DNA of 62,724 nucleotides, filler included. It is 7 parts of 7 records of this genome, joined end to end, with 100 filler letters (N's around TTAATTAATTAA, not from the genome) between each part and the next. Parts side by side here need not be neighbours in the genome. Positions count along the whole stretch, not along the records: positions 30,459 to 48,525 come from SRR31147125_19606; positions 48,626 to 56,417 come from SRR31147125_19630; 5 more parts are not named here. The stretch is one strand, 5' to 3'. Below the pieces are notes generated by a model. That model did not search any database and was not told where the DNA came from. It worked only from the letters and a program-made list of their open reading frames with translations. Shown piece by piece: positions 45,013 to 55,934 of the stretch (the first letter of the stretch is position 1; each line of letters opens with the position of its first letter). A program made the position numbers and the translations under genes.

Positions 45013-45360
45013 TTATGCTATATTTTTTCCCTGTTTCAATCCCTTGACCGTACACTTTTCCTCAAATTTGACAATCATTTGAATCACAATCAAATTGGGA
45101 TCATAACTCGCCCAGGGAGTGATTTTTATTTCATCTTTTACTACGTTTGTCTGAATATGGTCCAATTTATAAGCTGGATTCGGTAATGTGCCTTTGAGCA
45201 AAAGTTCAACAACCCCCTTGCGGCTATTAATGGAACTAACCGTAATGGAATCCACACTTACTTTTTTAAGATTTTGTGGTTTCATCTTTGGTGGCCTCTT
45301 TGCTGTGGAAAAAGACGCTGATGATATATAGCACATAATTAAAATCAAAAGGCAATTCAT
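45013..45360 (-). CDS. Hypothetical secreted protein
   Basis: Hydrophobic N-terminus and a GTLPNPAY beta-rich body. Lies in an operon between the NUDIX gene and pcm. Confidence 0.6.
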   Translation of the reverse strand: MNCLLILIMCYISSASFSTAKRPPKMKPQNLKKVSVDSITVSSINSRKGVVELLLKGTLPNPAYKLDHIQTNVVKDEIKITPWASYDPNLIVIQMIVKFEEKCTVKGLKQGKNIA

Positions 45361-45394
45361 GATGAATCGTTTTTTTCTACCATAATAAATCTTT

Positions 45395-45904
45395 CTAATT
45401 ATCGGGAATAATGTCCCGTTGCATATAATTATCTATCGCATACCTATGATTGACAAATGCGATATTTTCAGGTAGTGCATTTAACGAAAAAAATCGTGCA
45501 TCACTTGCATCATCACCAGCCTGTAAATCACCTCCTAAAATGGTCGCAATATAGATTACAAGCACAACATGAGATCTTGGATCGTCACACCCGCTGTAGA
45601 TATCCAAAAGCTCTTTAATTTGAACATCAATACCGGTTTCTTCTTTTGTTTCGCGAATGGCTGTTGCAGAAGGTCCTTCATCATATTCAACAAAACCAGC
45701 AGGCAAACTCCAGTCACCCGCTTTTGGTTCAAACTTTCTTTTCACGAGTAATATCTTATTATCTTTTACCAGGACGACACCAGCAGCCGGTAATGGATTT
45801 TTATAATGAATAAATTCGCAGTTTAAACACACTTTTCTGATACGACCATCCTGTTCACGTTCCGTTAAGGGATGCGCACATTTAGGACAATATATAAATT
45901 CCAA
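45395..45904 (-). CDS. NUDIX hydrolase with N-terminal Zn ribbon
   Basis: YCPKCA...CLNC, and Nudix box GFVEYDEGPSATAIRETKEETG. Confidence 0.92.
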   Translation of the reverse strand: MEFIYCPKCAHPLTEREQDGRIRKVCLNCEFIHYKNPLPAAGVVLVKDNKILLVKRKFEPKAGDWSLPAGFVEYDEGPSATAIRETKEETGIDVQIKELLDIYSGCDDPRSHVVLVIYIATILGGDLQAGDDASDARFFSLNALPENIAFVNHRYAIDNYMQRDIIPDN

Positions 45905-46008
45905 TGACCCTCCTTTTCTTTCAATTTTCTTTTAAATTTATGAACATAATTGTTCTCTTATTATAAAACAAAAACAAACAAAATTGTTCCTAATTCTTTA
46001 ACATAAAA

Positions 46009-47853
46009 TTACTTTGATTTATGTAAAAATTCCTCTAAAGCATCAACAATAGCATCAGAACAATCATTTCGATATTTCTGTGATAAAATAAGCATTTCCT
46101 CTTCCGGAAACATTAAAAAGGCTGGTTCCAGCAGCACAGTTGGCATCTGTGGAATGCGACACATGGCCAGATTGTCAAAAAAGAGGCCATAATTATTTAA
46201 TTTTAGCTTTTCCAATAATTTATTTTGAATCAGACTGGCCAGAGCATAACTTTGAGGAAAATAATAGTAACTACTTGTTCCATGATTTCTGAATGGATTA
46301 ACGCCATCAGGAAGCGCATTATGGTGCAGGCTAAGCGTCATATCGGCATCAAGCAGTGCTGCCAGTTTCATTCTACTGCGTAAGGTAATACCTGCTTTGC
46401 CGTAACGTGTATAATAGACCTTTGCGCCCTTGCTTTTCAATTTGCTCCCCAGTGCCTGTGCCAGGAGTAAATTGGCATCTTTTTCCATAAATCCTGTTGG
46501 ACCAACAGCTCCTGTATCCGGTCCATGCCCCGGATCCAATAGAATAGAAATATTCTTTAACGGAGAACTGGGCCAGCCTGCAATTTTGGGAGTCTTTTTA
46601 ATATCAAGATAAAAGTTATCTCCCTCATCATAACCGGCATTATATCCCCACTGTTGCTTTTGATCTAGTTCAATATTTAGCTGATAAACATTGTTGGCAA
46701 CTTGTTTCCATGTGATCGTGCGAATGAGTTTATCACTAAAATCATAGCGTATCCAATCCGTATCGGCCTGGATTCCATAAAAATTGACAACAAGTGATTG
46801 TGGAGTTGTTTTTTGTTCAATTCGAAACGGGATCCGCTCTCCAGTGAAGACATGTACTCTTGTTTTGCGATTCAGGCTCTTTGTTCTGACAAGACTCACT
46901 TTTGATAAAGGAGGCAAAGTACCGACCGAAAGCATCCGAATATAACTTTCATGAACCCAGGCTTCTTCGGTATCAGATAGTTTAACCCGCAGTTCACTTC
47001 CTTGCTGACCGGTTACCAGCAATCTAACTCCTTTGGGTAAAAAATAATAATAACTTAAACCTGGAGAGGTTCGTAAATTTGACATATCCGGAGTCAGTTC
47101 AGCTACTCGTGGAAAACGAGCATCAAGAATGGTCAATGTACCTTTTGTTGTCGCGACAGTCGTATCACCCACATTATTTACAAGCTGACACATTATTGGC
47201 ATAGTTGTTCCACTATCAGACGTCTGTATGTAATAACTTCCGGTATAGATACCATGAACCTGATCCTCCGCAAGTACAGCATTTTCACCAAAAACGCTTT
47301 GTCCCCAATAGGGTTTCTTCTGTAGCACAGTTTCAGTCATGGGAATATCTTTACACAGTCCTGAAATTGAAAAAAGTGCCTTTTTTCCGGGCGTTCCCTT
47401 AAATGAGACTTGTAGAAGATCATTCTGAAGCAGTTTCACGTCTTTTCCGGGTTGAACAGAATCCATTTCAATTAAAAGCGAATCATCCGAAGTACTCTTG
47501 ATTGGAAAAGGTATAAAAACGTTTCGATCCAGCAAAAGCGTATCCTGTCCCAGCACGCTCTCACAGTGAAATACAAAATCACCATAGTGTACAGGTAAAA
47601 AAGCTAAAAAAGAACCGTTTGGATACACTTTGACATCAAATTTGTTTATTTTTAAGTTGCAATCCGGCTCAGACATTTGACCAAAAATGAAAACAGAATC
47701 TGTTGCGCCTGATTGTACGATACTTGCTTCTTTTGGGTAGACGATGTTTATTTGATGATCAGCTGCCCAAACAGAGGAAATGAAAACAAGCAGAAAAATA
47801 AATAAAGTAAAAATATTTTGGGGGACTTTTTTCAATATATCCGTCATCGACAA
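46009..47853 (-). CDS. N-acetylmuramoyl-L-alanine amidase (Amidase_3) with large N-terminal region
   Basis: LDPGHG, EKDANL, SLHHNA, LLEPAF. Signal peptide and an SH3-like segment. Confidence 0.92.
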   Translation of the reverse strand: MSMTDILKKVPQNIFTLFIFLLVFISSVWAADHQINIVYPKEASIVQSGATDSVFIFGQMSEPDCNLKINKFDVKVYPNGSFLAFLPVHYGDFVFHCESVLGQDTLLLDRNVFIPFPIKSTSDDSLLIEMDSVQPGKDVKLLQNDLLQVSFKGTPGKKALFSISGLCKDIPMTETVLQKKPYWGQSVFGENAVLAEDQVHGIYTGSYYIQTSDSGTTMPIMCQLVNNVGDTTVATTKGTLTILDARFPRVAELTPDMSNLRTSPGLSYYYFLPKGVRLLVTGQQGSELRVKLSDTEEAWVHESYIRMLSVGTLPPLSKVSLVRTKSLNRKTRVHVFTGERIPFRIEQKTTPQSLVVNFYGIQADTDWIRYDFSDKLIRTITWKQVANNVYQLNIELDQKQQWGYNAGYDEGDNFYLDIKKTPKIAGWPSSPLKNISILLDPGHGPDTGAVGPTGFMEKDANLLLAQALGSKLKSKGAKVYYTRYGKAGITLRSRMKLAALLDADMTLSLHHNALPDGVNPFRNHGTSSYYYFPQSYALASLIQNKLLEKLKLNNYGLFFDNLAMCRIPQMPTVLLEPAFLMFPEEEMLILSQKYRNDCSDAIVDALEEFLHKSK

Positions 47854-47943
47854 TGTTTCTCTTTTTGAATAGTGAACTGGAATAGTATTATTTCATAACT
47901 TACAAACTGCAGGGATTTCGGACAAACATCTGTTTATTATTAA

Positions 47944-48525
47944 CTAATGATAAACAAACAGAGGTATCGTTCCATCTTTAATAAGGGCTTGAGCTGTACT
48001 GCCAAAAATCCATTCCCGTAGTGAGGATTTACTATAAGCTCCCATAACGACCTGGACAGGCATCAACTTTTTAGCGATATCCAGAATAACCTCACCCGGA
48101 TCACCGGGAATATTTAATGTTTCTGCGTCAATGTCATGAGCATCCAAATACTTTGTCAAACCAGATAACAAAGCCTGACTTTTTTCGGCATCATCTGAGA
48201 CATGTAAGGCAATATAATGAAACGGCATTTTTTGGTGAGGTGTATACGCATTCGTATAGCTTTGGCAGAAGTTACAGAACCATCATACGTTAACAATACA
48301 TTTTCAGGTGTTTTCATATTCTCCGGAACAGCCAGAACAGGAGCTGCTGTCTCGTCCAATACCTTTTTGAGTGTATCTCCGGGACCTGTTTGCGTTTCAT
48401 AATGATAAAAAGTCTTTGTACCGACGATAACCAAATCAACAGCCCTGGATTCTTCAATAATAATTTTATGAGGCAATCCGGTCCGGGATAATAATTCACA
48501 CCTGAGAGCTTCAGCATCACATTTT
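47944..48525 (-). CDS. Universal stress protein (5' truncated, frameshifted)
   Basis: DLVIVGT, APVLAVP, YDGSVTSAKA, VVMGAYSKSSLREWIFGSTA. Confidence 0.85.
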
Positions 48526-48625
48526 NNNNNNNNNNNNNNNNNNNNNNNNNNNNNNNNNNNNNNNNNNNNTTAATTAATTAANNNNNNNNNNNNNNNNNNN
48601 NNNNNNNNNNNNNNNNNNNNNNNNN
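48526..48625. other. Artificial contig spacer
   Basis: N-run containing TTAATTAATTAA. Confidence 0.98.
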
Positions 48626-50665
48626 TTATCTACCTTAGACGTTAGTTTCAATAATATAAAAAGTTTGGATAGATGGGTTTTTGAAAAAGATTGGAGTGTT
48701 TCGTCTGAATTTGGACCAAGTGGTATATCTATTGGCGACAAGATACAAACCCCACCCAAAGAAGTTATAGAATCGGGTAAAGAAAATGTCCTTAAGTGGT
48801 TTGATAAAAACAGAGCCCCAATAAAAGAAATGAGAGTTATCTTATTAGGCGAAGCGGAAGCTGGAAAAACATCTCTTGTAAAGGCATTAACAGGTGAGCC
48901 TCATGACAAAGATGAACCTACCACTCATGGAATCAATATAAAAAAATATGACTATGATGATTTAACAATAAACTACTGGGATTTTGGCGGACAAGATATT
49001 ATGTTTAGCACTCATAAATTCTTTTTATCCGAGGATTGTATATATATTGTGGTGATTGATTCAAGAAAAGATGAGTTACCAGAAAAATGGCTTAAGCAGA
49101 TAGAATCCTTCGGGAAGTCATCCGATACTTTTATTGTTGCCAATAAAATTGATGAGAACAAAAATATAGCTGTGCCTCAATACGAACAATACAACTTTAT
49201 AGTGGATACTTTTAAAGTGTCCTGTAGAGAACACTACAGAATCGATTTTTTTAAGCAAGAATTCATTCAATATATAAAAGATCATAATTCTTATAAAAAA
49301 GAATACCCTGTTGATTGGATTAATATAAAAAGCGCAATAGAAAATAATCCTGACGATTTCATATCACTTGATGCATATAAAAAGATATGTGAGGTTAATC
49401 ATGTTTTGGATATTGATGAGCAAAATAACTTACTAACAGTTTTACATCATCTTGGTACTATCCAGCATTTTGAAGATATTGAAGATAAGCAGATATTGAA
49501 GTCAGAATATATCACCGAAGCTGTATATGCTATTGTAACCAGCGACAAATACTTTGATAAAAAATGCGGAATACACAAGGACGATATTATAAAAATATTA
49601 AACGAAAAAGGTATAGATTCCAGACCACAGGTATCGCAAATTATTGAAATCATGAAAAGATATCAACTTTGTTATGAGAATTTGAATGGCAGAATAATTA
49701 TGCCCATTAAACTTGGAGTTAAACAAGATTATAATTATAAAAAGAGTGATGATCTCCTTAAAATCTATTACGATTATAATGATTTTATTGATGAATCTAT
49801 TCTACATAAAATCATAGTAAGTTTACATGATAAAATTTACAAAGAAATCGTTTGGAGAAAAGGTGTAGTTTTAGATTATTCTGAGAACTGCGGTTGTATG
49901 GCGGAGATTATTATGGATGAAATAGCAAGAAAAATTTATATCTCCATTTGGACTGTAAGTGATTTTTGCGACAAAAGAAATGTCTTATTTGATATAAGGC
50001 AGACAATCGATAGGATAAATCTTGAATACTACAAAGTTGTCGATAGTTCGCGTTATAAATGTATGATACCCATAATAAATAGCAAAGGGCAAGTTATAAG
50101 TGATGAAGGTGTGGAGTACAGCGAATTGATTAACATGCTTAAAAATAACGATAACACTTATACAAATCGCGTACCCTATGAGAAAATAAATATTTATACT
50201 TTACTTGGGTATATAGAAACAATAGAAAAGACTAATGAAAGTGTTAATAAAGAAAGAGGTGTACAACAGATGAAGTCAGAAACTCATATACATGTCGAGG
50301 GCGACTATATTGATCAAAAACATGCCAAAGGAAATACTTTTGGTAGAGTTGAAAATTCAAAAGTCAAAGCAGTTAATAAAGATTCCTTTAACAAGACTAA
50401 AGGACTTGATTTTGATATCAATGAACTTTTTAGTGCAATGCTTAATCAAAAACTAGATGATGAGCTAAGGGAGGATATTGAAGATTTAAAAGATAGAATT
50501 GAAGAATGCAAAGGACAGTATACCGCTAAACAGAAAAATAGATTTGCTCGTTTGTTTGATAGAATAAAAAACAAAATTGGCGAAACTATAAGCCTGCAAA
50601 ATTTTGCAGATGGAATAACTGTAGCTAATGGTATAGCCAAAGCTATCGCCTATTTTAGTGCATAG
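48626..50665 (+). CDS. Roco protein (LRR-Roc-COR), 5' truncated
   Basis: In-frame LRR LSTLDVSFNNIKSL at the contig start; TPPKEV; GEAEAGKTS P-loop; TTHGINI; WDFGGQ; NKID; COR motifs LHHLGTI and VWRKGVVL. Confidence 0.92.
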   Translation, partial: LSTLDVSFNNIKSLDRWVFEKDWSVSSEFGPSGISIGDKIQTPPKEVIESGKENVLKWFDKNRAPIKEMRVILLGEAEAGKTSLVKALTGEPHDKDEPTTHGINIKKYDYDDLTINYWDFGGQDIMFSTHKFFLSEDCIYIVVIDSRKDELPEKWLKQIESFGKSSDTFIVANKIDENKNIAVPQYEQYNFIVDTFKVSCREHYRIDFFKQEFIQYIKDHNSYKKEYPVDWINIKSAIENNPDDFISLDAYKKICEVNHVLDIDEQNNLLTVLHHLGTIQHFEDIEDKQILKSEYITEAVYAIVTSDKYFDKKCGIHKDDIIKILNEKGIDSRPQVSQIIEIMKRYQLCYENLNGRIIMPIKLGVKQDYNYKKSDDLLKIYYDYNDFIDESILHKIIVSLHDKIYKEIVWRKGVVLDYSENCGCMAEIIMDEIARKIYISIWTVSDFCDKRNVLFDIRQTIDRINLEYYKVVDSSRYKCMIPIINSKGQVISDEGVEYSELINMLKNNDNTYTNRVPYEKINIYTLLGYIETIEKTNESVNKERGVQQMKSETHIHVEGDYIDQKHAKGNTFGRVENSKVKAVNKDSFNKTKGLDFDINELFSAMLNQKLDDELREDIEDLKDRIEECKGQYTAKQKNRFARLFDRIKNKIGETISLQNFADGITVANGIAKAIAYFSA

Positions 50666-50729
50666 TCTATTAAGGCAATATAACCTCTTTACATAAATCC
50701 ACACCCAAACTCGCAAATTTTACAAACAA

Positions 50730-50789
50730 CATATTGACAAACGTCTATGTGTTATGTATTATAAAAATACATCGATAATTGTCGATGTA
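50730..50789 (+). promoter_or_regulatory. sigma70 promoter with two ArsR/SmtB-like operator palindromes
   Basis: TTGACA(50734)-N17-TATTAT overlapped by catattgacaaacgtctatgtg, followed by the near-perfect palindrome tacatcgataattgtcgatgta (50768-50789). Confidence 0.65.
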
Positions 50790-50874
50790 AAAATTTAGAT
50801 TTGAAATAATTCCATTATAAGTGCAGTTTATCTTTGATTTTTTTGCTCTGCTAATATGGTATTAAATCAACTCA

Positions 50875-50970
50875 TTAGATTGTAGTAAATCTAGAAAGGA
50901 ATATATTAAAACAGCAAAAATCATTGAATCTAAAGTTATAGAATTTAGAGATAAAATTAAAAATAGTTAA
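50875..50970 (+). pseudogene. Remnant 3' end of a second arsC
   Basis: Translates LDCSKSRKEYIKTAKIIESKVIEFRDKIKNS*, versus the adjacent ArsC tail EFINTAKTIEEKIMDLKERILN (10/22 identical by hand). No start codon. Confidence 0.65.
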
Positions 50971-50990
50971 TAAATAGGAGAATAAAAAAA

Positions 50991-51404
50991 ATGTCTAAAC
51001 CAAAAGTTGCATTTGTATGCGTACACAATTCATGTAGATCACAAATGGCGGAAGCAATATCTAAATTGAAAGTTTCTGATGTATATGATGCTTATTCTGC
51101 AGGTACACATATTAAGCCACAAATCAACCAAGATGCAGTTGCAGTTATCAAAAAGCTTCACGGAGTTGATATGAATGAAACTCAAAAAAACAAGTTATTA
51201 GACGGAATCCCAGAAGTAGATATTGTTATTACAATGGGATGCAATGTGGATTGCCCTATGCTACCTTGCAAGCACAGAGAAGATTGGGGATTAGATGACC
51301 CAAGCGGAAAAGAAGAACAGGAATTTATCAATACTGCAAAGACAATCGAAGAAAAAATTATGGATTTGAAAGAAAGAATATTGAATAACACAATTTCTCT
51401 ATAA
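50991..51404 (+). CDS. arsC: Arsenate reductase (LMW-PTP/thioredoxin type)
   Basis: FVCVHNSCRSQMAE, YSAGT, ITMGCNVDCP, WGLDDP. Confidence 0.92.
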   Translation: MSKPKVAFVCVHNSCRSQMAEAISKLKVSDVYDAYSAGTHIKPQINQDAVAVIKKLHGVDMNETQKNKLLDGIPEVDIVITMGCNVDCPMLPCKHREDWGLDDPSGKEEQEFINTAKTIEEKIMDLKERILNNTISL

Positions 51405-51428
51405 TAGGCCCTTACAAAACAGACATAT

Positions 51429-51468
51429 AAAGTACGCTATTTAAAAATGGATAACGTACTTTTTATTT
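51429..51468. terminator. Terminator between convergent arsC and GNAT genes
   Basis: aaagtacg...cgtacttt followed by a T-tract. Confidence 0.55.
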
Positions 51469-51480
51469 TCATCAAAATTT

Positions 51481-52005
51481 CTACTCTAACCCTATTTCCC
51501 AAATAGAATTATCAACCCCATCCGCCCAATAATCTTTGATTACATAAGTTGGTTTGCCATATTTATTTGTCCAAGTAGCTACTGCTGTTTCATATCCGCT
51601 ATCAAGATAATATACGTTTTTTCCTTGTTCTTTTATCTTGCTTTCCATAAACTCAATCATATTGGTTGCAACTCCTCTTCTCTGGTATTCTGGCAATACA
51701 AAGACAGATCCAAACTCAATTTCGTCTTTAACGTGCGTACCTAACCCATTTATAATATCATCGCTGACAGGTTTCGCTTCCATTGTTCCAACAATCTTCC
51801 CATCTATTATTGCAACCACAAAGCTAAGGTTTACATGATCTTTTTCAAAAAAAGATTTGATGATGCTTAGTTTTGTGTTTAATTGCTCTTCAAATAAATC
51901 CGTTAAATGTAAGATTTCATTCTTTGTAAATAAATCTGTAAGAACGGTCTTTATCATCGCTTCTAACTCGTGTTTGTGTTCCAATTTCAGTAAAGTAATT
52001 TCCAC
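51481..52005 (-). CDS. GNAT acetyltransferase
   Basis: FVLPEYQRRGVA acetyl-CoA-binding motif, LDSGY. Confidence 0.88.
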   Translation of the reverse strand: MEITLLKLEHKHELEAMIKTVLTDLFTKNEILHLTDLFEEQLNTKLSIIKSFFEKDHVNLSFVVAIIDGKIVGTMEAKPVSDDIINGLGTHVKDEIEFGSVFVLPEYQRRGVATNMIEFMESKIKEQGKNVYYLDSGYETAVATWTNKYGKPTYVIKDYWADGVDNSIWEIGLE

Positions 52006-52182
52006 TCTATTCGTCTCCTTTTGTGCTATGAGTATAACATAAAATATACTAGGATTTTAAATGCTTTACTGAAAAAATAAAAAAATATCATATAATTACG
52101 CCCTTGTTATATAGACAGAAATTTATGTAAGTGATATTATCAAATAAGATTTTAATATAGGCACTGACCTTTAGGAGTATTT

Positions 52183-52883
52183 ATGCAAAAAGCAGCCATT
52201 TTTGATTTTAACGGGACACTATTACCTTATGATTTTGGACCTCTTTTATTAAAGTATCATAGGGATTTTTTAATAAAAAAAGCACAATGGTTAGAACCTA
52301 TGTAAAATTTGCAATAAGTATCGCTAAATACAAGCTTTTTAAAAGCTATACAAAGGAGCAGTTTCATGTAGATGCCTTTGATGAACTAACCTATACGCTT
52401 AAGGGTTTTGATAAAGACAAAATAGATGAGTTTTTTGAGTATTGCGGCAAGAAGTTTTCGAAATTAATGGATGAAGATATCCTGTTGGAGCTTGACCGTG
52501 CTAAAAAAAATGGATACTATACGGTTATATTATCAGGAACTTACACTCAATTTTTAAATCACTTAATAAGTCATATTGGCATAGATAAAGCTATAGGCAG
52601 TGATTTAGATTATATTACTGTTGACGGCAAGGAATATATTGATTATTCTAAAAAACTTGATGTCGTAAAAAATGAAACGAAAGCTTTAAGGGTAAAAGAA
52701 CTTTTAAATGATATAGATTATAAAAACAGTATAGCTTATGCTGATAGCTATTTTGATAAGCCAATTCTTGATTTAGTGGGTACTCCTATATGTGTGAATC
52801 CAGATGAACAATTATTAGAAATTGCTAAGCATCAAAACTATCAGATTCTCTATACAAAATATAAAAATTCAAAGATGAAATAA
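52183..52883 (+). CDS. HAD-IB family hydrolase (frameshift near 52270)
   Basis: AGGAG RBS, then MQKAAIFDFNGTL; continues in ORF 52287-52883 with ILSG, AYADSYFD and VNPD. Confidence 0.8.
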
Positions 52884-52926
52884 CTAACTTTTTAAGACAT
52901 AGACTAAACTTTATTTGAGGTGACTT

Positions 52927-54122
52927 ATGAAATACAACTTTGACGAAATCATTGACCGTAAACAGACGAACTCCCTTAATGTGGATGGATACAAAGACTA
53001 TATGTTTTCTGGCAACAAAGATGCATTATCTGAATGCGAAGACGAAAGCCTTATACGCATGTGGGTTGCAGATATGGAATTTGCAACACCTCCTGCTATA
53101 ATCGACGCCATAAAGGACAGATTGGACAAACGGATATTGGGCTATACAAAAATATTTGATCCAAACTATTATAAGGCTTTTTTAAATTGGACGCTTAAAA
53201 ACTATAATTGGGCTTTTAACGAAGACCATCTACTCACATCTCCAGGTATAATCCCTGCACTTTATGAGCTTGTTGGGTATATCTGCAAACCGGATGAAAA
53301 GGTGCTGATACTTACCCCATCGTATGCTTATTTTAAATATGCTGCAGACCATAACGATAACGAACTTGTGACATCCGATTTAACTAAAACCGACGGTTAT
53401 TATACAATTGACTATGATGATATTGAGCAAAAAATAAGCGACGAAAAACTGACACTTTGTATTTTTTGTAACCCTCACAACCCAACTGGCAGAATATGGA
53501 CACAGCAGGAGCTAAAAAATTTGGCGATATTTGCGTTAAAAATAATGTTTGGGTTATTTCAGATGAAGTCCATTGCGATCTATTAAGAAAAGGCAAAACT
53601 CATATACCGTTTGCAAAATTATTCCCAAGCTACGATAAAATCATCACTTGTATGGCTCCAAGCAAAACATTTAATCTAGCAGGACTTATGATAGCAAACA
53701 TCATAATTCCAAATGATGACCTTAGAGAAGTTTGGAAAATACGACATTATTCAATGGAAAACCCACTAAGCATAGCAGGCGCTATGGCGGCATATAGCCA
53801 CGGATATGAATGGCTAAGCCAACTAAGAGAATATCTTGATAACAACTTTGATTACCTAAAAAAATACCTTGAAGAGCACTTGCCTCATTCGGTCTTCCAT
53901 ATTGCCGAAGCAACGTATTTGGCGTGGATTGATATTAGCTACTATACTGATGGCAACAAAGATATGTCCTTGTTTTTTGCAAAAAATTCTGGTGTTTTGC
54001 TTGAGGATGAAAATCTATTTGTAAACAATGCCGATGGATATATAAGGCTAAACCTTGCTTGTCCAAAATCTGTACTAGAGGAAGGTTTAACAAGAATAAG
54101 TAAAGCCTTGCTGAAAAGTTAA
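52927..54122 (+). CDS. PLP-dependent cystathionine beta-lyase MalY/PatB family (frameshift near 53515)
   Basis: MWVADMEF, FCNPHNPTGR, ISDEVHCD, APSKTFNLAGL, RLNLACP. Confidence 0.92.
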
Positions 54123-54365
54123 CATCTATTATCGCTTCATTAATCATCAAACCTGATTGGCCTTAAGGGATCATACGATCCCTGATGAAGGTGTAAAAAT
54201 GGAAGTTGCTGAGATTAAAGAAGATGCATAAAAGCATTGACTCAATTATAATAATTATTTAAGAGCATAGCAAAAATGTTATGCTCTTTTTTACTGATCT
54301 ATATTATTATATTGAAAAGAAAATTATGCTATAATTGTTTTATTAATATAAAATGGAGAATTTCT

Positions 54366-55808
54366 ATGAGTATTGTTTCTTGGGATGGTCTTGCAGTTTT
54401 TATATATGTACTATTTCAAATAAGTATAGCTGTAACTTTAATTTTTGTCGAAAGACGTTCGCCTGATAAAACATTGACATGGCTAATGGTTATTACGCTA
54501 ATACCAATTGCTGGTGTTGTTCTTTATCTATTGTTTGGGCAAGATTTAAGTAAAAGAAAGATGTTCAAAGAAAAACAGTATGAGGATTTAGATAGACTTT
54601 TAGAAACACAAAAAGCACTTCTTTGTGAAAAATCAGAAATATCCGAAAAAGATTCAAAGCATCATCAGCTTATGAGTATTGCACTTAATTCTAACAATGC
54701 CCCATTAATGTCTGATAATGAAATTTTAATATTAAACAACGGTAAAGAAAAATTCCCTGCCCTTGTTAAAGCGCTCCAGAATGCAAAAAAGCATATACAT
54801 ATGGAGTATTATATATTTCGCGATAGCGGAATTGGCATGCAGATATTGAATATTCTTAAGGATAAGGCAAAGCAAGGTGTTGAAGTTAGGTTGCTTGTTG
54901 ATGGAATGGGTAATTGTATAAAGAAAAAGACTTACAAGGCTCTTGAAAAAAGCGGTGTTGAGTATGCTGTGTTTTTCCCAACCAAACTACCTTCGCTTGT
55001 GCACCCTAGGTTAAACTTTAGAAACCATAGAAAAATCGCCATTATTGATGGCGAAGTTGGCTTTTTTGGCGGTTTAAATGTTGGAGACGAATATTTAAGC
55101 AAGAGTAAAAAGTATGGTTTTTTTAGAGATACCCATTACAGAGTAAAAGGTTCGGCTGTATATGAGCTACAACTAAGATTTGCCATGGATTGGGAATTCG
55201 CATCCAAAAAAACCATTGATGAAACTGAATTTTATTTTCCTAAAGCAAAAAAATATGACGGCGTAGATATGCAAATTTTAACAACAGGACCTGATAGTAA
55301 ACATCCTACAATCAAGCAAGCTTTATACGAGATGATAACAAACGCTCAAAGAAAAATTCAGATTGTAACGCCTTACTTTGTACCCGATGCTTCAATTACT
55401 GGGCTTTTACAGAATGCACTGCTTAGCGGTGTTGAAGTAGAAATTATGATCCCATCAGTTATTGACCATCTTTTTGTTCATTGGGCAAGCACATCTCATC
55501 TTGCTGATCTATTAGATTTGGGTGCAAAAGCTTATATATACGATAAAGGATTTGTTCATAGTAAAATTGTTATGGTGGACGATGAAATTGTGCTGACTGG
55601 AACCGCCAATTTTGATATTCGATCTTGGGTTTATAACTTTGAAATATGTGCTATTATTTATGATGAAAAATTCACTAAAAAGTTATCTTTTGAGTTTGAG
55701 AAGGATAAAAAGGAATCTAGCTGGTTAACAAAAGAAAAGTACGATAAAAGAGACATTATGTGGAGAATTAAAGAGGCCTTTAGCAGATTGGTAAGTCCGC
55801 TATTGTAA
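54366..55808 (+). CDS. cls: Cardiolipin synthase
   Basis: Two N-terminal TM segments; HKD motifs HRKIAIID and HSKIVMVD. Confidence 0.95.
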   Translation: MSIVSWDGLAVFIYVLFQISIAVTLIFVERRSPDKTLTWLMVITLIPIAGVVLYLLFGQDLSKRKMFKEKQYEDLDRLLETQKALLCEKSEISEKDSKHHQLMSIALNSNNAPLMSDNEILILNNGKEKFPALVKALQNAKKHIHMEYYIFRDSGIGMQILNILKDKAKQGVEVRLLVDGMGNCIKKKTYKALEKSGVEYAVFFPTKLPSLVHPRLNFRNHRKIAIIDGEVGFFGGLNVGDEYLSKSKKYGFFRDTHYRVKGSAVYELQLRFAMDWEFASKKTIDETEFYFPKAKKYDGVDMQILTTGPDSKHPTIKQALYEMITNAQRKIQIVTPYFVPDASITGLLQNALLSGVEVEIMIPSVIDHLFVHWASTSHLADLLDLGAKAYIYDKGFVHSKIVMVDDEIVLTGTANFDIRSWVYNFEICAIIYDEKFTKKLSFEFEKDKKESSWLTKEKYDKRDIMWRIKEAFSRLVSPLL

Positions 55809-55934
55809 GTCATAAAAACTAAAATTATATCATGAAAATCTTCTAAATAGATTATTTGTTTTATTTTTAAGTACAGCGAGCTCATTTAATAAAATAAAAA
55901 TTAGAAAATTTACATAAAAAAGAAAGGTTTTTGA

